Positions 18,344-27,773 of a stretch of 44,022 nt of DNA are shown here, one piece after another. A program made the position numbers and the translations under genes. Source of the stretch: Patescibacteria group bacterium (GTDB lineage Bacteria > Patescibacteriota > Patescibacteriia > Patescibacteriales > UBA12465); contig JAIPJO010000002.1 in assembly GCA_021734135.1 (NCBI GenBank), forward strand, positions 1 to 44,022. Reading direction: 5' to 3'. The notes under the pieces are model-generated. The model saw only the letters and a program-made list of their open reading frames with translations. It did not search any database and was not told where the DNA came from. Position 1 is the stretch's first letter. Each line of letters starts with the position of its first letter.

Positions 18344-19591
18344 ATGAAAGATAAAAATGTTTTTAATAAAATTAGTAATATATTTTTAGTAATTATTTTA
18401 GTTATAGTTGCCTTTATAGCAGGAAGAAGTAGTCAAGAAAATTTAAATAATACTAATTACGTTGCTCAAGATGGTGATTTTGAGGTTAATATTGATAATA
18501 AATATAGCACTACCCCAGAAGGTAAAACTATTAAGAATGTAGATTTTAATTTATATTGGCAAGTTTGGGATACAGTTAAAACAACTTATGTAGATAGTGA
18601 AAATATAAGTGAAGAAGATATGTTTTATGGCTCTCTTGAAGGGATGATTAAATCAATTGATGATCCTTATACGAGTTTCTTAGACCCTAATTTATCAAAA
18701 AAGTTTAATGACGACCTTTCTGGTAGTTTTGAAGGAATTGGAGCAGAAATTGGTATTAGAGACGATGTTTTAACTATTATTGCCCCTATTGATGGTATGC
18801 CTGCTCAAGAAGCTGGTCTAAAATCTGGTGATAAGGTATTATCTATTGATGGTAAATCTACAGCTGGAATTAGTATTGATAAAGCAGTGGATACTATAAG
18901 AGGTGAGAAAGGAACAGATGTGACCTTAACTATATACAGAGAAGGTGTAGATGAAACAAAGGATATAACTATAACTAGAGGTGTTATCACTATTGAAAGC
19001 GTTAAAACAGAGATGCTTGAAGATGATATAATGTTAATTTCAATTAGTAATTTCAATGAAGACACTGAAACTATGTTTTCTCAAGCTATAGAAGAGGCAA
19101 AGACTAATGAGGCTAAAGGTATTATTTTAGATTTAAGAAATAATCCTGGTGGATTTTTAGAATCAGCTATTGAAATTGCTAGTGAATGGGTGGAAACTGG
19201 TCCTGTTGTATTAGAGAAATTTGATGAAAATGATATTACTAAATATCAAGCTAGAGGTTTGGCTAGATTGCAAGATTACAAGACTGTAGTGTTATTAAAT
19301 CAAGGTAGTGCTTCTGCTTCTGAGATTGTAGCAGGAGCTTTGCAAGATTATAATAAAGCAACTATTGTTGGAGAACAAAGTTATGGCAAAGGCTCTGTGC
19401 AAACCTTAAAACCTTTTACAGATGGTTCATCACTAAAAGTCACAGTAGCAAAGTGGTTAACTCCTCAAGGTGAGTCAATTAGTGAAAAAGGCATTACACC
19501 TGATATAGAAGTTGAGTATACGATTGAAGATTTTGAAAATGATAGAGATCCACAATTAGATAAAGCTATAGAGATAATTAAAAAAGAATAA
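18344..19591 (+). CDS. ctpA: S41 carboxyl-terminal protease with PDZ domain
   Basis: N-terminal TM; GIGAEIG, LDLRNNPGG, SASASE and GKGSVQ motifs. Confidence 0.93.
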   Translation: MKDKNVFNKISNIFLVIILVIVAFIAGRSSQENLNNTNYVAQDGDFEVNIDNKYSTTPEGKTIKNVDFNLYWQVWDTVKTTYVDSENISEEDMFYGSLEGMIKSIDDPYTSFLDPNLSKKFNDDLSGSFEGIGAEIGIRDDVLTIIAPIDGMPAQEAGLKSGDKVLSIDGKSTAGISIDKAVDTIRGEKGTDVTLTIYREGVDETKDITITRGVITIESVKTEMLEDDIMLISISNFNEDTETMFSQAIEEAKTNEAKGIILDLRNNPGGFLESAIEIASEWVETGPVVLEKFDENDITKYQARGLARLQDYKTVVLLNQGSASASEIVAGALQDYNKATIVGEQSYGKGSVQTLKPFTDGSSLKVTVAKWLTPQGESISEKGITPDIEVEYTIEDFENDRDPQLDKAIEIIKKE

Positions 19592-19626
19592 AAAATAGGA
19601 GCTCATTTTTGAGCTCCATTTTTTTG
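19590..19626. terminator. Bidirectional terminator
   Basis: A-tract-GGAGCTCA-TTTT-TGAGCTCC-T-tract. Confidence 0.85.
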
Positions 19627-19630
19627 GGGT

Positions 19631-19900
19631 TTAGTACACAAATTCTTCAAAGCCGTTTAGGTATTTAGCCTCATTAAGACAACATAAAATTTCGTTTTCA
19701 TTGGCAAAGCGCCAATTATTAGCTAGGTATTTTTCACTATCTTCATTCATGCTAATGTCAAATAGATCATTATCAGCAATGAATTGAGCGACTTGTCTTA
19801 AGGTGCCGGTACAGAATACCTCGTTACCACTAAAGATTTTGTACTTTTGATCTCCTCTGAGATCTTTGATTAACAATTGTAATTCTTGAAGTTCATCCAT
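19631..19900 (-). CDS. Small hypothetical protein (89 aa)
   Basis: AGGAG Shine-Dalgarno before the ATG, with its own promoter and terminator; no family recognised. Confidence 0.7.
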   Translation of the reverse strand: MDELQELQLLIKDLRGDQKYKIFSGNEVFCTGTLRQVAQFIADNDLFDISMNEDSEKYLANNWRFANENEILCCLNEAKYLNGFEEFVY

Positions 19901-19981
19901 AATCTCTCCTGTATTAGATTAGTTTTAAAAAAATCAATTAACAAATATTTTTATTTTAATTATATTTGTTATATAATAATA

Positions 19982-20011
19982 ATAATAACAAACATTTCTA
20001 TTAATTGTCAA
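19982..20011 (-). promoter_or_regulatory. Promoter for the 89-aa ORF
   Basis: Minus strand TTGACA-N18-TATTAT with TG extension. Confidence 0.5.
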
Positions 20012-20025
20012 TTTATTTAGTAAAT

Positions 20026-21687
20026 ATGAAAAATCAAAAAAAAGAAAAAAAGAAAAAAAGCACTAAGTTTATTTTTGTAGTAGGTGGAGTTATGTCTGGT
20101 GTTGGTAAAGGAGTTACCACAGCCTCTATTGCTAATATTTTGCAATCTAAGGGTTTAAAGGTCAGCGCTATTAAAATGGATCCATATATTAATGTTGACG
20201 CTGGTACCATGAACCCTGTAGAGCATGGAGAGGTGTTTGTAACAGATGATGGGGATGAAACAGATCAAGATATTGGAAATTATGAAAGATTTTTAAATAA
20301 AAATATATATAAAGAAAATTACATGACCACTGGTCGTATATATAGATCAGTAATAGAGAAAGAAAGAAATCTTGAGTATAAAGGAAATTGTGTGCAAGTT
20401 ATACCTCATATACCGATGGAAATAAGAGATAGAATTAATAAAGCAGCTGAAAAAACTGATTCAGATATAATGATTATTGAAATCGGAGGAACTGTAGGTG
20501 AATATGAAAATTTAATTTTTTTGGAGGCAGCTAGAGTTTTAAAATTAAAACAACCTGATGATGTTTTATTTGTAATGGTTTCTTATTTGCCATTTCCTCA
20601 AAAGATTGGTGAAATGAAAACTAAGCCAACACAGCATGCTGTTAGAAGTTTAAATAGCGCAGGTATACAGCCTAACTTTATTATTGCTCGCTCAGAATTT
20701 AATATTGATGATAAGAGAAAAGAAAAAATTGCTATGCATTGTAATATTAGTTTAGATGATGTAATTGCTGCACCTGATGCAGATTCTATTTATACTATCC
20801 CAATTAATTTTGAAAATAATGGCTTAGGAGATAAGATTTTGAAAAAATTTAATTTAAAAAAGAAGAAAAAGGATTTAGTTGAATGGAGAAAAATGGTTGA
20901 AAGTTATAAAAATCCTAAAGGTGAAATTAATATTGGAATAGTAGGTAAATACTTTGCTACTGGGAACTTTTCTCTATCTGATTCATATATATCAGTTATT
21001 GAAGCTCTAAAGCATGCCAGTGCTCATAATAAAGTAAAAGTTAATTTGCATTGGATAAACACCTCTGAAGTTGAAAAAGAGGGAGTAAAGACTTTAAAGA
21101 AATATGATGGAATTGTAGTTCCGCAAGGTTGGGGTTCACGTGGTTCTCAAGCTAAAATAGATACTATTAAATATTGTCGTGAAAATAAAGTTCCATATTT
21201 TGGACTTTGTTATGGTATGCAAATGGCTGTAATAGAATTTGCTAGAAATGTTTGTAATTTAGAAGGTGCTAATTCTCAAGAAATTGATAATAAAACAAAA
21301 CATCCTGTTATTCATATTATGCCTGAACAAATTGAGTTAATAAAGGAAAAGGGTTATGGTGGTACTATTAGATTAGGAGCTTGGCCATGCAAACTAAAAG
21401 AGGGAACTAAGTTAAAAGGTGCTTATGATAAATTTAATAAAAAAGGAATAATATCGGAAAGACATAGGCATCGTTTTGAGTTTAACAATGATTTTAGAGA
21501 AACTTTAGAAAGTAATGGATTAACAATTTCTGGTACTTCACCTGATAATAAAATTGTTGAAGCTATAGAAATTAAAGATCATCCTTTCTTCGTAGGTGTA
21601 CAATTTCACCCTGAATATATTTCTAGGCCACTAGATCCACACCCATTGTTTGTAGATTTCGTTAAGACTTGTTTTAAATTAAAATAA
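20026..21687 (+). CDS. pyrG: CTP synthase
   Basis: GGVMSGVGKG, DPYINVDAGTM, KTKPTQ, GLCYGMQ, ERHRHR and QFHPE motifs; ATG 20026. Confidence 0.97.
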   Translation: MKNQKKEKKKKSTKFIFVVGGVMSGVGKGVTTASIANILQSKGLKVSAIKMDPYINVDAGTMNPVEHGEVFVTDDGDETDQDIGNYERFLNKNIYKENYMTTGRIYRSVIEKERNLEYKGNCVQVIPHIPMEIRDRINKAAEKTDSDIMIIEIGGTVGEYENLIFLEAARVLKLKQPDDVLFVMVSYLPFPQKIGEMKTKPTQHAVRSLNSAGIQPNFIIARSEFNIDDKRKEKIAMHCNISLDDVIAAPDADSIYTIPINFENNGLGDKILKKFNLKKKKKDLVEWRKMVESYKNPKGEINIGIVGKYFATGNFSLSDSYISVIEALKHASAHNKVKVNLHWINTSEVEKEGVKTLKKYDGIVVPQGWGSRGSQAKIDTIKYCRENKVPYFGLCYGMQMAVIEFARNVCNLEGANSQEIDNKTKHPVIHIMPEQIELIKEKGYGGTIRLGAWPCKLKEGTKLKGAYDKFNKKGIISERHRHRFEFNNDFRETLESNGLTISGTSPDNKIVEAIEIKDHPFFVGVQFHPEYISRPLDPHPLFVDFVKTCFKLK

Positions 21688-21760
21688 TAAGAAATCTACT
21701 AAGATAATATTTGTTAGTAATTTTTACTTAGTATTCTTTATCATCTTTGATTATTGATAA

Positions 21761-21794
21761 AATAAAAACACAGCTTTATTGCTGTGTTTTTATT
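21761..21794. terminator. Bidirectional terminator between pyrG and rpmA
   Basis: 14-bp stem AATAAAAACACAGC / GCTGTGTTTTTATT. Confidence 0.85.
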
Positions 21795-21829
21795 ATATAA
21801 TAAGATTGTTTAAATCTTGAGATTATAAT

Positions 21830-22108
21830 TTATTTTTTAACAACATGAACAACTGTGCTTTGTTTTAGTTGACCATTAAATTTCTTCATTTTTTTACTTT
21901 GAAATTCAATAAATCCGCCCTCTTTAGCAAATAGGGAGTCATCATTACCTCTTAATACATTATTACCAGGATGATATTTAGTTCCACGTTGTCTTATTAT
22001 AATAGCACCAGGTTTTGCGTATTCACCGGCAAAGAGTTTTACCCCCAGCCTTCTTCCAATCGAATCCCTGGTATTGGCGGTTGATCCACCTGCTTTCTTG
22101 TGTGCCAT
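21830..22108 (-). CDS. rpmA: 50S ribosomal protein L27
   Basis: [19 protein letters not shown] and RQRGTK motifs. Confidence 0.97.
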   Translation of the reverse strand: MAHKKAGGSTANTRDSIGRRLGVKLFAGEYAKPGAIIIRQRGTKYHPGNNVLRGNDDSLFAKEGGFIEFQSKKMKKFNGQLKQSTVVHVVKK

Positions 22109-22161
22109 ATGGTTGTTATTTTAATAAAAAAATAAAAATTTCCTCAAATTTTTATAGCTAT

Positions 22162-22190
22162 AATATAGCAAAACGTTTATTTTATGTCAA
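22162..22190 (-). promoter_or_regulatory. sigma70 promoter for rpmA
   Basis: Minus strand TTGACA-N17-TATATT with TG extension. Confidence 0.65.
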
Positions 22191-22204
22191 ATTAATGTAT
22201 AATT

Positions 22205-23509
22205 TTAAGCTGCTTTTTTTGCATCTTTATATTCATGAGTAGATTTATGTACAAACTTATCACCCCCAATATCGTAACCAGCATGCTTAAAACTATGAGT
22301 GAGCACTTCGTTTAAAGTGTGTGAGCCATGACCAGCACCATGACTAGCAGCGCTAGATATTCCTTGATGTATTAAATCCATTCCACCAATAAGGGATCCG
22401 GCCATTAAAATATGAGTTCCTATTTTTGAATATTTCTTTATATTTTCATTTACCTTTTTAGATTTCATTTTTTTCTCATGAAGCTCAATTAAGCTATCCA
22501 TTGATCCGTCTAGTTTTTCTATTAATTTATCATCTTTTTTCTCTTGACGTTTATCTATACCTTTTTCTATAAAATCTGTTATTTTTTCACCAGCTAAAAC
22601 TCCAGCTATTGATTTACCTGCCATCATACCAGCTTTAACACCAAATGCCGCTAGACCTAGGCCACTGGTGGTTGCAGCTACCGTTGTACCCGCTACTACT
22701 CCAGCTACCATGGCTGCTTGGACATATTTATTTTTGGGCATATGTTTACCAACCGCAGAAAAGAATTTTTTAAGTTTTTGATTACTACCTTTTTCTAAGG
22801 TTTTTTCTCTTACTTCTTCATCTAGTTTATCTAAAGTAGATAAAGCGGCTTTAGTTTCAATTAGATTTTCTTTTTCTGGATTATTTTCAACCTCTTCCTT
22901 AATTTCTAAGAAAATCTCATCAACAGAATTATCTAGATACTCTTTTTTATTTTCTCTAATTTTTTCTTGATTTGATTTAATATCTTCTTTAATTTTTTCT
23001 TTTTCTGGGCCTTTAGCTTTTTTATATTCTAGTTTTAATTTCTTTATTTCTTTGTTAGCTTCTGCAATGTTATTTACTGCTTCAGCTTTTTTTTCAAGGT
23101 TCTTTTCTTTTTCTAGACTTTCTTTTTCATTTTCTTTATCTCTTTCTTTTTCTAGGCTTTCTTTATTTTCGCTATTTTCTTTTTTATTTTCATTGTTATC
23201 TTCAATACTTTCAACTTTATTTTTAAAATCTTCATGACTAGTATTAATTTCTTTTTCAGCTTTTGTTTTAAGTTCAGTCATTTCTGAAACAATTTCTTGA
23301 TTATCTTCAGCTGTTTCAGCTAAAGCTTCAAATTTTTTATTTAAATCTTTTTCACTATTTTCAACTTTTTCTTCACCTTTTTCAATTGCAGTATCTTTTA
23401 TATTTTCAATATCCTTTTCTAAACTAAAAGGATCTTCAACTTTATTTTCAAAACTCTCATGTTTTTCATTTTGATTTTCTATATTATTTTGTTCTTTTTC
23501 CTTATTCAT
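22205..23509 (-). CDS. Hypothetical Glu/Lys-rich coiled-coil protein with a C-terminal Gly/Ala hydrophobic hairpin
   Basis: Highly charged N-terminal ~260 aa, then AAMVAGVVAGTTVAATTSGLGLAAFGVKAGMMAG, then a His-rich tail. Confidence 0.75.
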   Translation of the reverse strand: MNKEKEQNNIENQNEKHESFENKVEDPFSLEKDIENIKDTAIEKGEEKVENSEKDLNKKFEALAETAEDNQEIVSEMTELKTKAEKEINTSHEDFKNKVESIEDNNENKKENSENKESLEKERDKENEKESLEKEKNLEKKAEAVNNIAEANKEIKKLKLEYKKAKGPEKEKIKEDIKSNQEKIRENKKEYLDNSVDEIFLEIKEEVENNPEKENLIETKAALSTLDKLDEEVREKTLEKGSNQKLKKFFSAVGKHMPKNKYVQAAMVAGVVAGTTVAATTSGLGLAAFGVKAGMMAGKSIAGVLAGEKITDFIEKGIDKRQEKKDDKLIEKLDGSMDSLIELHEKKMKSKKVNENIKKYSKIGTHILMAGSLIGGMDLIHQGISSAASHGAGHGSHTLNEVLTHSFKHAGYDIGGDKFVHKSTHEYKDAKKAA

Positions 23510-23514
23510 ATATT

Positions 23515-23694
23515 TTACATTTTTTTTAAATCATTCATTATTTTATTAATTTTTTCTTTTTCAACCGTGCTAGAAATTTCTGTCATTTCTGTAATACTTT
23601 TATCTATAATGTTTTTTAAATTTAAATCTAAATCATTTAAATATGATTTTATGAGCTCAATTTTTTCTTTTTTTTCTTTATCTTGATTTGCCAT
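23515..23694 (-). CDS. 59-aa helical hypothetical protein (absent from ORF track)
   Basis: Hand translation MANQDKEKKEKIELIKSYLNDLDLNLKNIIDKSITEMTEISSTVEKEKINKIMNDLKKM; fills the gap between two minus-strand genes with 9- and 5-bp spacers. Confidence 0.75.
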   Translation of the reverse strand: MANQDKEKKEKIELIKSYLNDLDLNLKNIIDKSITEMTEISSTVEKEKINKIMNDLKKM

Positions 23695-23703
23695 TTTGTT
23701 TTT

Positions 23704-24327
23704 TTATTCTTCTTTATTTTCATTTTTTCTCATTTCTGCAAATTTAGCTCTTAGCTTACTTTTTAAATAATCAACATCACTTGCAGTTTCTGCACTTATT
23801 TTTCTGTTTAGTTCTGGATAATTATTTTCAATATAAGAAATCACCTTATCTTCATCTCCAGTTTCTAAGATATCTTCAAAGGCTTTCTTTTCTTCTCCTT
23901 CGGTAGTATTTAATATTTCAGTACTAATTCTTTTAAGTGATATCTCACCCATTTTATTTAAGTTTTCAATATTAACATCATCTGATTCAGGCTCAGTTTC
24001 ATTATCATTTTGTTTTTTTTCATTGGTCATATTTTCTTCAATTAAATTTTGAGTTTTTTCTACCTCTTCTTTGATAATTTCAGAGAAGTTAGGAATTTTT
24101 TCTTGTAAATAGTTAAAGATTTTTTTTTCAGGATCAGACCCTCCGGCAGTTTCATCAAGTTCTTCTTTTTCTTCCTCACTAAGCATTTCTTGTGCTCTTA
24201 AAATTGTATTTTGATATGATATTTTTCCCATTTTTTTAAAGGTTTCTATTCTTTCTTCTTCTGTTTTTTCTTCCATGGCTTTGTTAAAAGGTGTTTCTTC
24301 AATTTTATTTCTTGAAAATCCTAGCAT
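23704..24327 (-). CDS. Acidic protein with two tandem DUF5663-like helical domains
   Basis: Internal duplication KMGKIS...LSEEEKEEL...IFNYLQEKIPNFSEIIKEE / KMGEIS...EGEEKKAF...VISYIENNYPELNRKISAE; family assignment from memory. Confidence 0.65.
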   Translation of the reverse strand: MLGFSRNKIEETPFNKAMEEKTEEERIETFKKMGKISYQNTILRAQEMLSEEEKEELDETAGGSDPEKKIFNYLQEKIPNFSEIIKEEVEKTQNLIEENMTNEKKQNDNETEPESDDVNIENLNKMGEISLKRISTEILNTTEGEEKKAFEDILETGDEDKVISYIENNYPELNRKISAETASDVDYLKSKLRAKFAEMRKNENKEE

Positions 24328-24441
24328 ATTATTATTTAATATTAATTTTATCTTGTAATTTGATTATACTATATAAATGAAAAAAGTAAATATTTTATCT
24401 TTAAATATTATAAATAAAAATTAGAACTACTTTAATATTTA

Positions 24442-24450
24442 TGATATAAT
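24442..24450 (+). promoter_or_regulatory. Extended -10 promoter for the ferredoxin operon
   Basis: TGaTATAAT ending 35 bp before the ATG. Confidence 0.45.
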
Positions 24451-24485
24451 TAAATTAATTTATAATAATTAATATAATTAAATTT

Positions 24486-24674
24486 ATGAAAGTAAAAGTA
24501 GATAAAGATAAATGTATTAGTTGTGGTCTTTGCGCTAATATGTGTCCAGATATTTTTATCATGGATGAAGATAATAAATCAGAAGTAACAAAACAGCCTA
24601 GCGCCAAGGAAGAGTCTTGCGCTAAAGAAGCGATAGATTCTTGTCCAGTTGAAGCAATAAGTGAAGAAAAATAA
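24486..24674 (+). CDS. fdx: Single-cluster [4Fe-4S] ferredoxin
   Basis: CISCGLCANMCP...DSCPVEAI. Confidence 0.92.
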   Translation: MKVKVDKDKCISCGLCANMCPDIFIMDEDNKSEVTKQPSAKEESCAKEAIDSCPVEAISEEK

Positions 24675-24675
24675 T

Positions 24676-25185
24676 ATGGTAAATGAAACAAAAAATATAG
24701 AACAAATTCCTTTAAATGAAAGTCCTGAAAAAGATAATCAAGAAAAGGAGAGTTTTGTTAATGATAAGGAAGCTATAAAGAAACCTGAAAAACAGGAAGA
24801 TATACAAAAATCTCAAGAGAAAGAAGAGAAAGAGAAAATTCAAGTTAAAGATGATGTTAAAAAATCAGGAGTAAGAGTTGGTCAGGATCTTGTAAGTAAT
24901 GCCCAAAAAGAAAGAATGAAAAAAATTGATAAAATACTTTCAGAGGATATGGGTAATATTTTTTTAAATTTATCTAAAGATAAACAAAAAGAGTTTAAGA
25001 GTAAGGGCGAAAGCACTGTCGTTAAAGTTAATGAGTTAATGCAAAAAGCTAAGGTGAAAGTAAATAAAATAATAAAATTAATTAAAGAGTGGTTAGGCGT
25101 TATTCCTGATGCTAATAAATATTATTTAGAACAAGAGGCTAAAATTAAAGCAGATAAAATACTTAAATTAAAAAATAAGAGATAA
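24676..25185 (+). CDS. Conserved hypothetical protein (CPR-type)
   Basis: Disordered N-terminus; C-terminal KILSED...FKSKGE...EWL..IP...YYLEQEAKIKADKIL; ATG 24676. Confidence 0.7.
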   Translation: MVNETKNIEQIPLNESPEKDNQEKESFVNDKEAIKKPEKQEDIQKSQEKEEKEKIQVKDDVKKSGVRVGQDLVSNAQKERMKKIDKILSEDMGNIFLNLSKDKQKEFKSKGESTVVKVNELMQKAKVKVNKIIKLIKEWLGVIPDANKYYLEQEAKIKADKILKLKNKR

Positions 25186-25187
25186 TT

Positions 25188-27668
25188 ATGTTGGCTGATT
25201 CATATAAATTTACAATTTATAGTTTTGATTTAAACTTTGATTTAGGTCAAGTTTTTTTAATATTTTTTTTAATAGGATTTTTAATATTAGCTCTTTTTAT
25301 TTTTAGAGCCTACAAAAGGAAAACTAATCATTTAAGTCACCAAGTATATTTAGTTAAACTACCTAAAGATAAACCTCAAGATAATAATAAAGAAGATACA
25401 GTTCAGGAGCTCAGAGAAGATATAGCTAAAGGTGAAACTATTTTTGCTTCAATTAGTGGATTAAAAGCACATAGAGGCTTTAAGGCTTGGTTGAAGGGCA
25501 GAGAAGATCATTTTGCTTTTGAAGTGGTGGCTCATAATGGTAAGATTGCTTTTTATGTTGCAGTGCCACCTAATCATGCTAGATATTTAGAGCAGAGAAT
25601 TAATGCTTATTACCCAGATGCTTCAATAGAGGAAATCTTTGATTATAATGCTTTTAATCCTAAAAATGAGATTATAGGGGGATGGCTAATGACTAAAAAG
25701 GAATTTGTTTTTCCTATAAAAACTTATACCGAAATGGAAGTGGACCCCATGAATTCAATTATTAATGTACTTACTAAGTTAGAGAAAACTGAAAGTATGG
25801 CTATACAGTTTGTAACTAGAAGTGCTAAAAGTTCATGGCACAGAAGAGTTAAAAATGTAGTACGTAAATCATATAAAAATAATTCAATAAGACAAGGTTT
25901 GAAGAAAGATGGTTTATCTGCATCTTTTTCACAATTTTTTAAACCTAAAAAAACACAAAATACCCCTATAGACCCAGAAGATCAGAAAAGATTAACCAAT
26001 AATGAGGAGGAATTACTTAAAAAAATGGAAATTAAAAATGGTAAAGGTGGTTTAGATGTTAATTTAAGAATTATTGTTAGTGCTGAAACTAAGGAAAAAA
26101 CTAGAATGTATTTAGAAAATTTAGGTAGTTCTTTTAGTGAGTATAATGCTTATGAAAGTGGTAATAATTTAAGTGGAATTAAAACTAAAAATCAAAGTAA
26201 AATAATTAAAGATTTTATTTACCGTCATTTTAATGAGAAGCAGGGATTTCTTTTAAGTACAGAGGAATTGGTTAGTTTATATCATTTACCTCTAAAAAAT
26301 ACAGAAACACCTAATATTTTATGGTTAACCGCTAAATCAGCTCCAGCTCCAAGTGAAATACCAACTGAAGGATTATTACTTGGAGAAAATTATTATAGAG
26401 GAGTTAAAAAAGATGTATATATTGATAGGAAAGACAGAAGAAGACATACCTATATTGTTGGTAAGTCAGGTGTTGGTAAATCTGTGCTTTTAACTAATAT
26501 GGCTGTACAAGATATTGAAAATGGTGAAGGGGTTTGCGTTTTAGATCCACATGGAGATTTAATTGGTGATATAATAGAAAGAATTCCCCCTGAACGCGCT
26601 GAGGATGTTATTGTGTTTTCTCCCGGTGATCTAGAAAGACCAATTGGTCTTAATTTATTAGAATATGATGAAAACTATCCTGAGCAAAAAAGTTTTGTTA
26701 TTAATGAAATGATTAATATTTTAGATAAGTTATATGACTTAAAAGCTACCGGTGGTCCCATGTTTGAACAATATATGAGAAATGCCTTACTTCTAATTAT
26801 GGATGATCCTGAATCCGGCTCTACTTTAATGGAAGTACCTAAAGTTTTAGCTGATGAAGATTTTAGAAGAATGAAGTTGGAGCGTTGTTCTAATATTTCC
26901 GTTATAGATTTTTGGAAAAAACAAGCTGAAAAAGCAGGTGGGGAAGCAGCTCTTGCTAATGTTGTTCCTTATATTACCTCTAAATTAACATCTTTTATTT
27001 CCAACGATATGATGAGACCGATTATTGGTCAACAAAAAAGTGCTTTTAATATTAGAGATATAATGGATAACCAGAAAATACTTTTAGTTGATCTTCCTAA
27101 AGGTGTGGTAGGGGAAATGAATGCTTATTTACTAGGAATGATCATGGTAGGAAAAATATTAATGGCATCACTATCTCGTGCAAATATGGACCCAGAAAAA
27201 CGTAAAGATTTTTACTTGTATATTGATGAGTTTCAAAACTTTACCACTGATTCAATTACGCAAATTCTTTCAGAAGCAAGGAAATATAATTTGAATTTAA
27301 TTATTGCCCATCAATATATTGGTCAGTTAAGTAAAAATCAAGATACTAGCATTAAAGATGCAGTCTTTGGTAATGCTGGTACTATGATTAGTTTTAAGGT
27401 GGGTTCAGACGATGCTGAGTATTTAGTGAAAGAATATTCACCTGTTTTTAATGAATATGATTTAATTAATATTGGAAAAGGTACTGCTTATCTTAAGCTT
27501 CTAGTTGATAATGCTGCTGTAAAACCATTTTCTATACAAACTATTTTTCCTGTTATGGGTACTGTTAGACCTGAAATTACTGAGAAAATTAGATCTTTAA
27601 GTAAATTGAAATATGGTAAAAATAGGCGTTTAATTGAGGCTGAGATAAATAAAAGCTCATCTTTTTAA
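25188..27668 (+). CDS. Membrane-anchored VirD4/TraG/TrwB-like (HerA/FtsK superfamily) ATPase
   Basis: N-terminal TM; DRRRHTYIVGKSGVGKS (Walker A), LDPHGDL, YIDEFQNF (Walker B) and SEARKY..LIIAHQ motifs. Confidence 0.88.
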   Translation: MLADSYKFTIYSFDLNFDLGQVFLIFFLIGFLILALFIFRAYKRKTNHLSHQVYLVKLPKDKPQDNNKEDTVQELREDIAKGETIFASISGLKAHRGFKAWLKGREDHFAFEVVAHNGKIAFYVAVPPNHARYLEQRINAYYPDASIEEIFDYNAFNPKNEIIGGWLMTKKEFVFPIKTYTEMEVDPMNSIINVLTKLEKTESMAIQFVTRSAKSSWHRRVKNVVRKSYKNNSIRQGLKKDGLSASFSQFFKPKKTQNTPIDPEDQKRLTNNEEELLKKMEIKNGKGGLDVNLRIIVSAETKEKTRMYLENLGSSFSEYNAYESGNNLSGIKTKNQSKIIKDFIYRHFNEKQGFLLSTEELVSLYHLPLKNTETPNILWLTAKSAPAPSEIPTEGLLLGENYYRGVKKDVYIDRKDRRRHTYIVGKSGVGKSVLLTNMAVQDIENGEGVCVLDPHGDLIGDIIERIPPERAEDVIVFSPGDLERPIGLNLLEYDENYPEQKSFVINEMINILDKLYDLKATGGPMFEQYMRNALLLIMDDPESGSTLMEVPKVLADEDFRRMKLERCSNISVIDFWKKQAEKAGGEAALANVVPYITSKLTSFISNDMMRPIIGQQKSAFNIRDIMDNQKILLVDLPKGVVGEMNAYLLGMIMVGKILMASLSRANMDPEKRKDFYLYIDEFQNFTTDSITQILSEARKYNLNLIIAHQYIGQLSKNQDTSIKDAVFGNAGTMISFKVGSDDAEYLVKEYSPVFNEYDLINIGKGTAYLKLLVDNAAVKPFSIQTIFPVMGTVRPEITEKIRSLSKLKYGKNRRLIEAEINKSSSF

Positions 27669-27678
27669 TTTAAAGATA

Positions 27679-27707
27679 TTGACAAAATATAGTTAATATA
27701 CTAGAAT
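27679..27707 (+). promoter_or_regulatory. sigma70 promoter for the 192-aa gene
   Basis: TTGACA-N17-TAGAAT; GGAGG RBS at 27763-27767. Confidence 0.8.
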
Positions 27708-27773
27708 ACATTAATTAGTTTTTTACAATAAAATTAAGTACAATATAAACCTAATAAATACTGGAGGATTAAT

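Noticed and set aside
23459..23686. Hydrophobic 75-aa plus-strand ORF
   Set aside because: It is the antisense shadow of the Lys/Glu-rich 59-aa minus-strand gene, which fits the operon spacing
24455..24691. 78-aa minus-strand ORF
   Set aside because: Antisense to the ferredoxin
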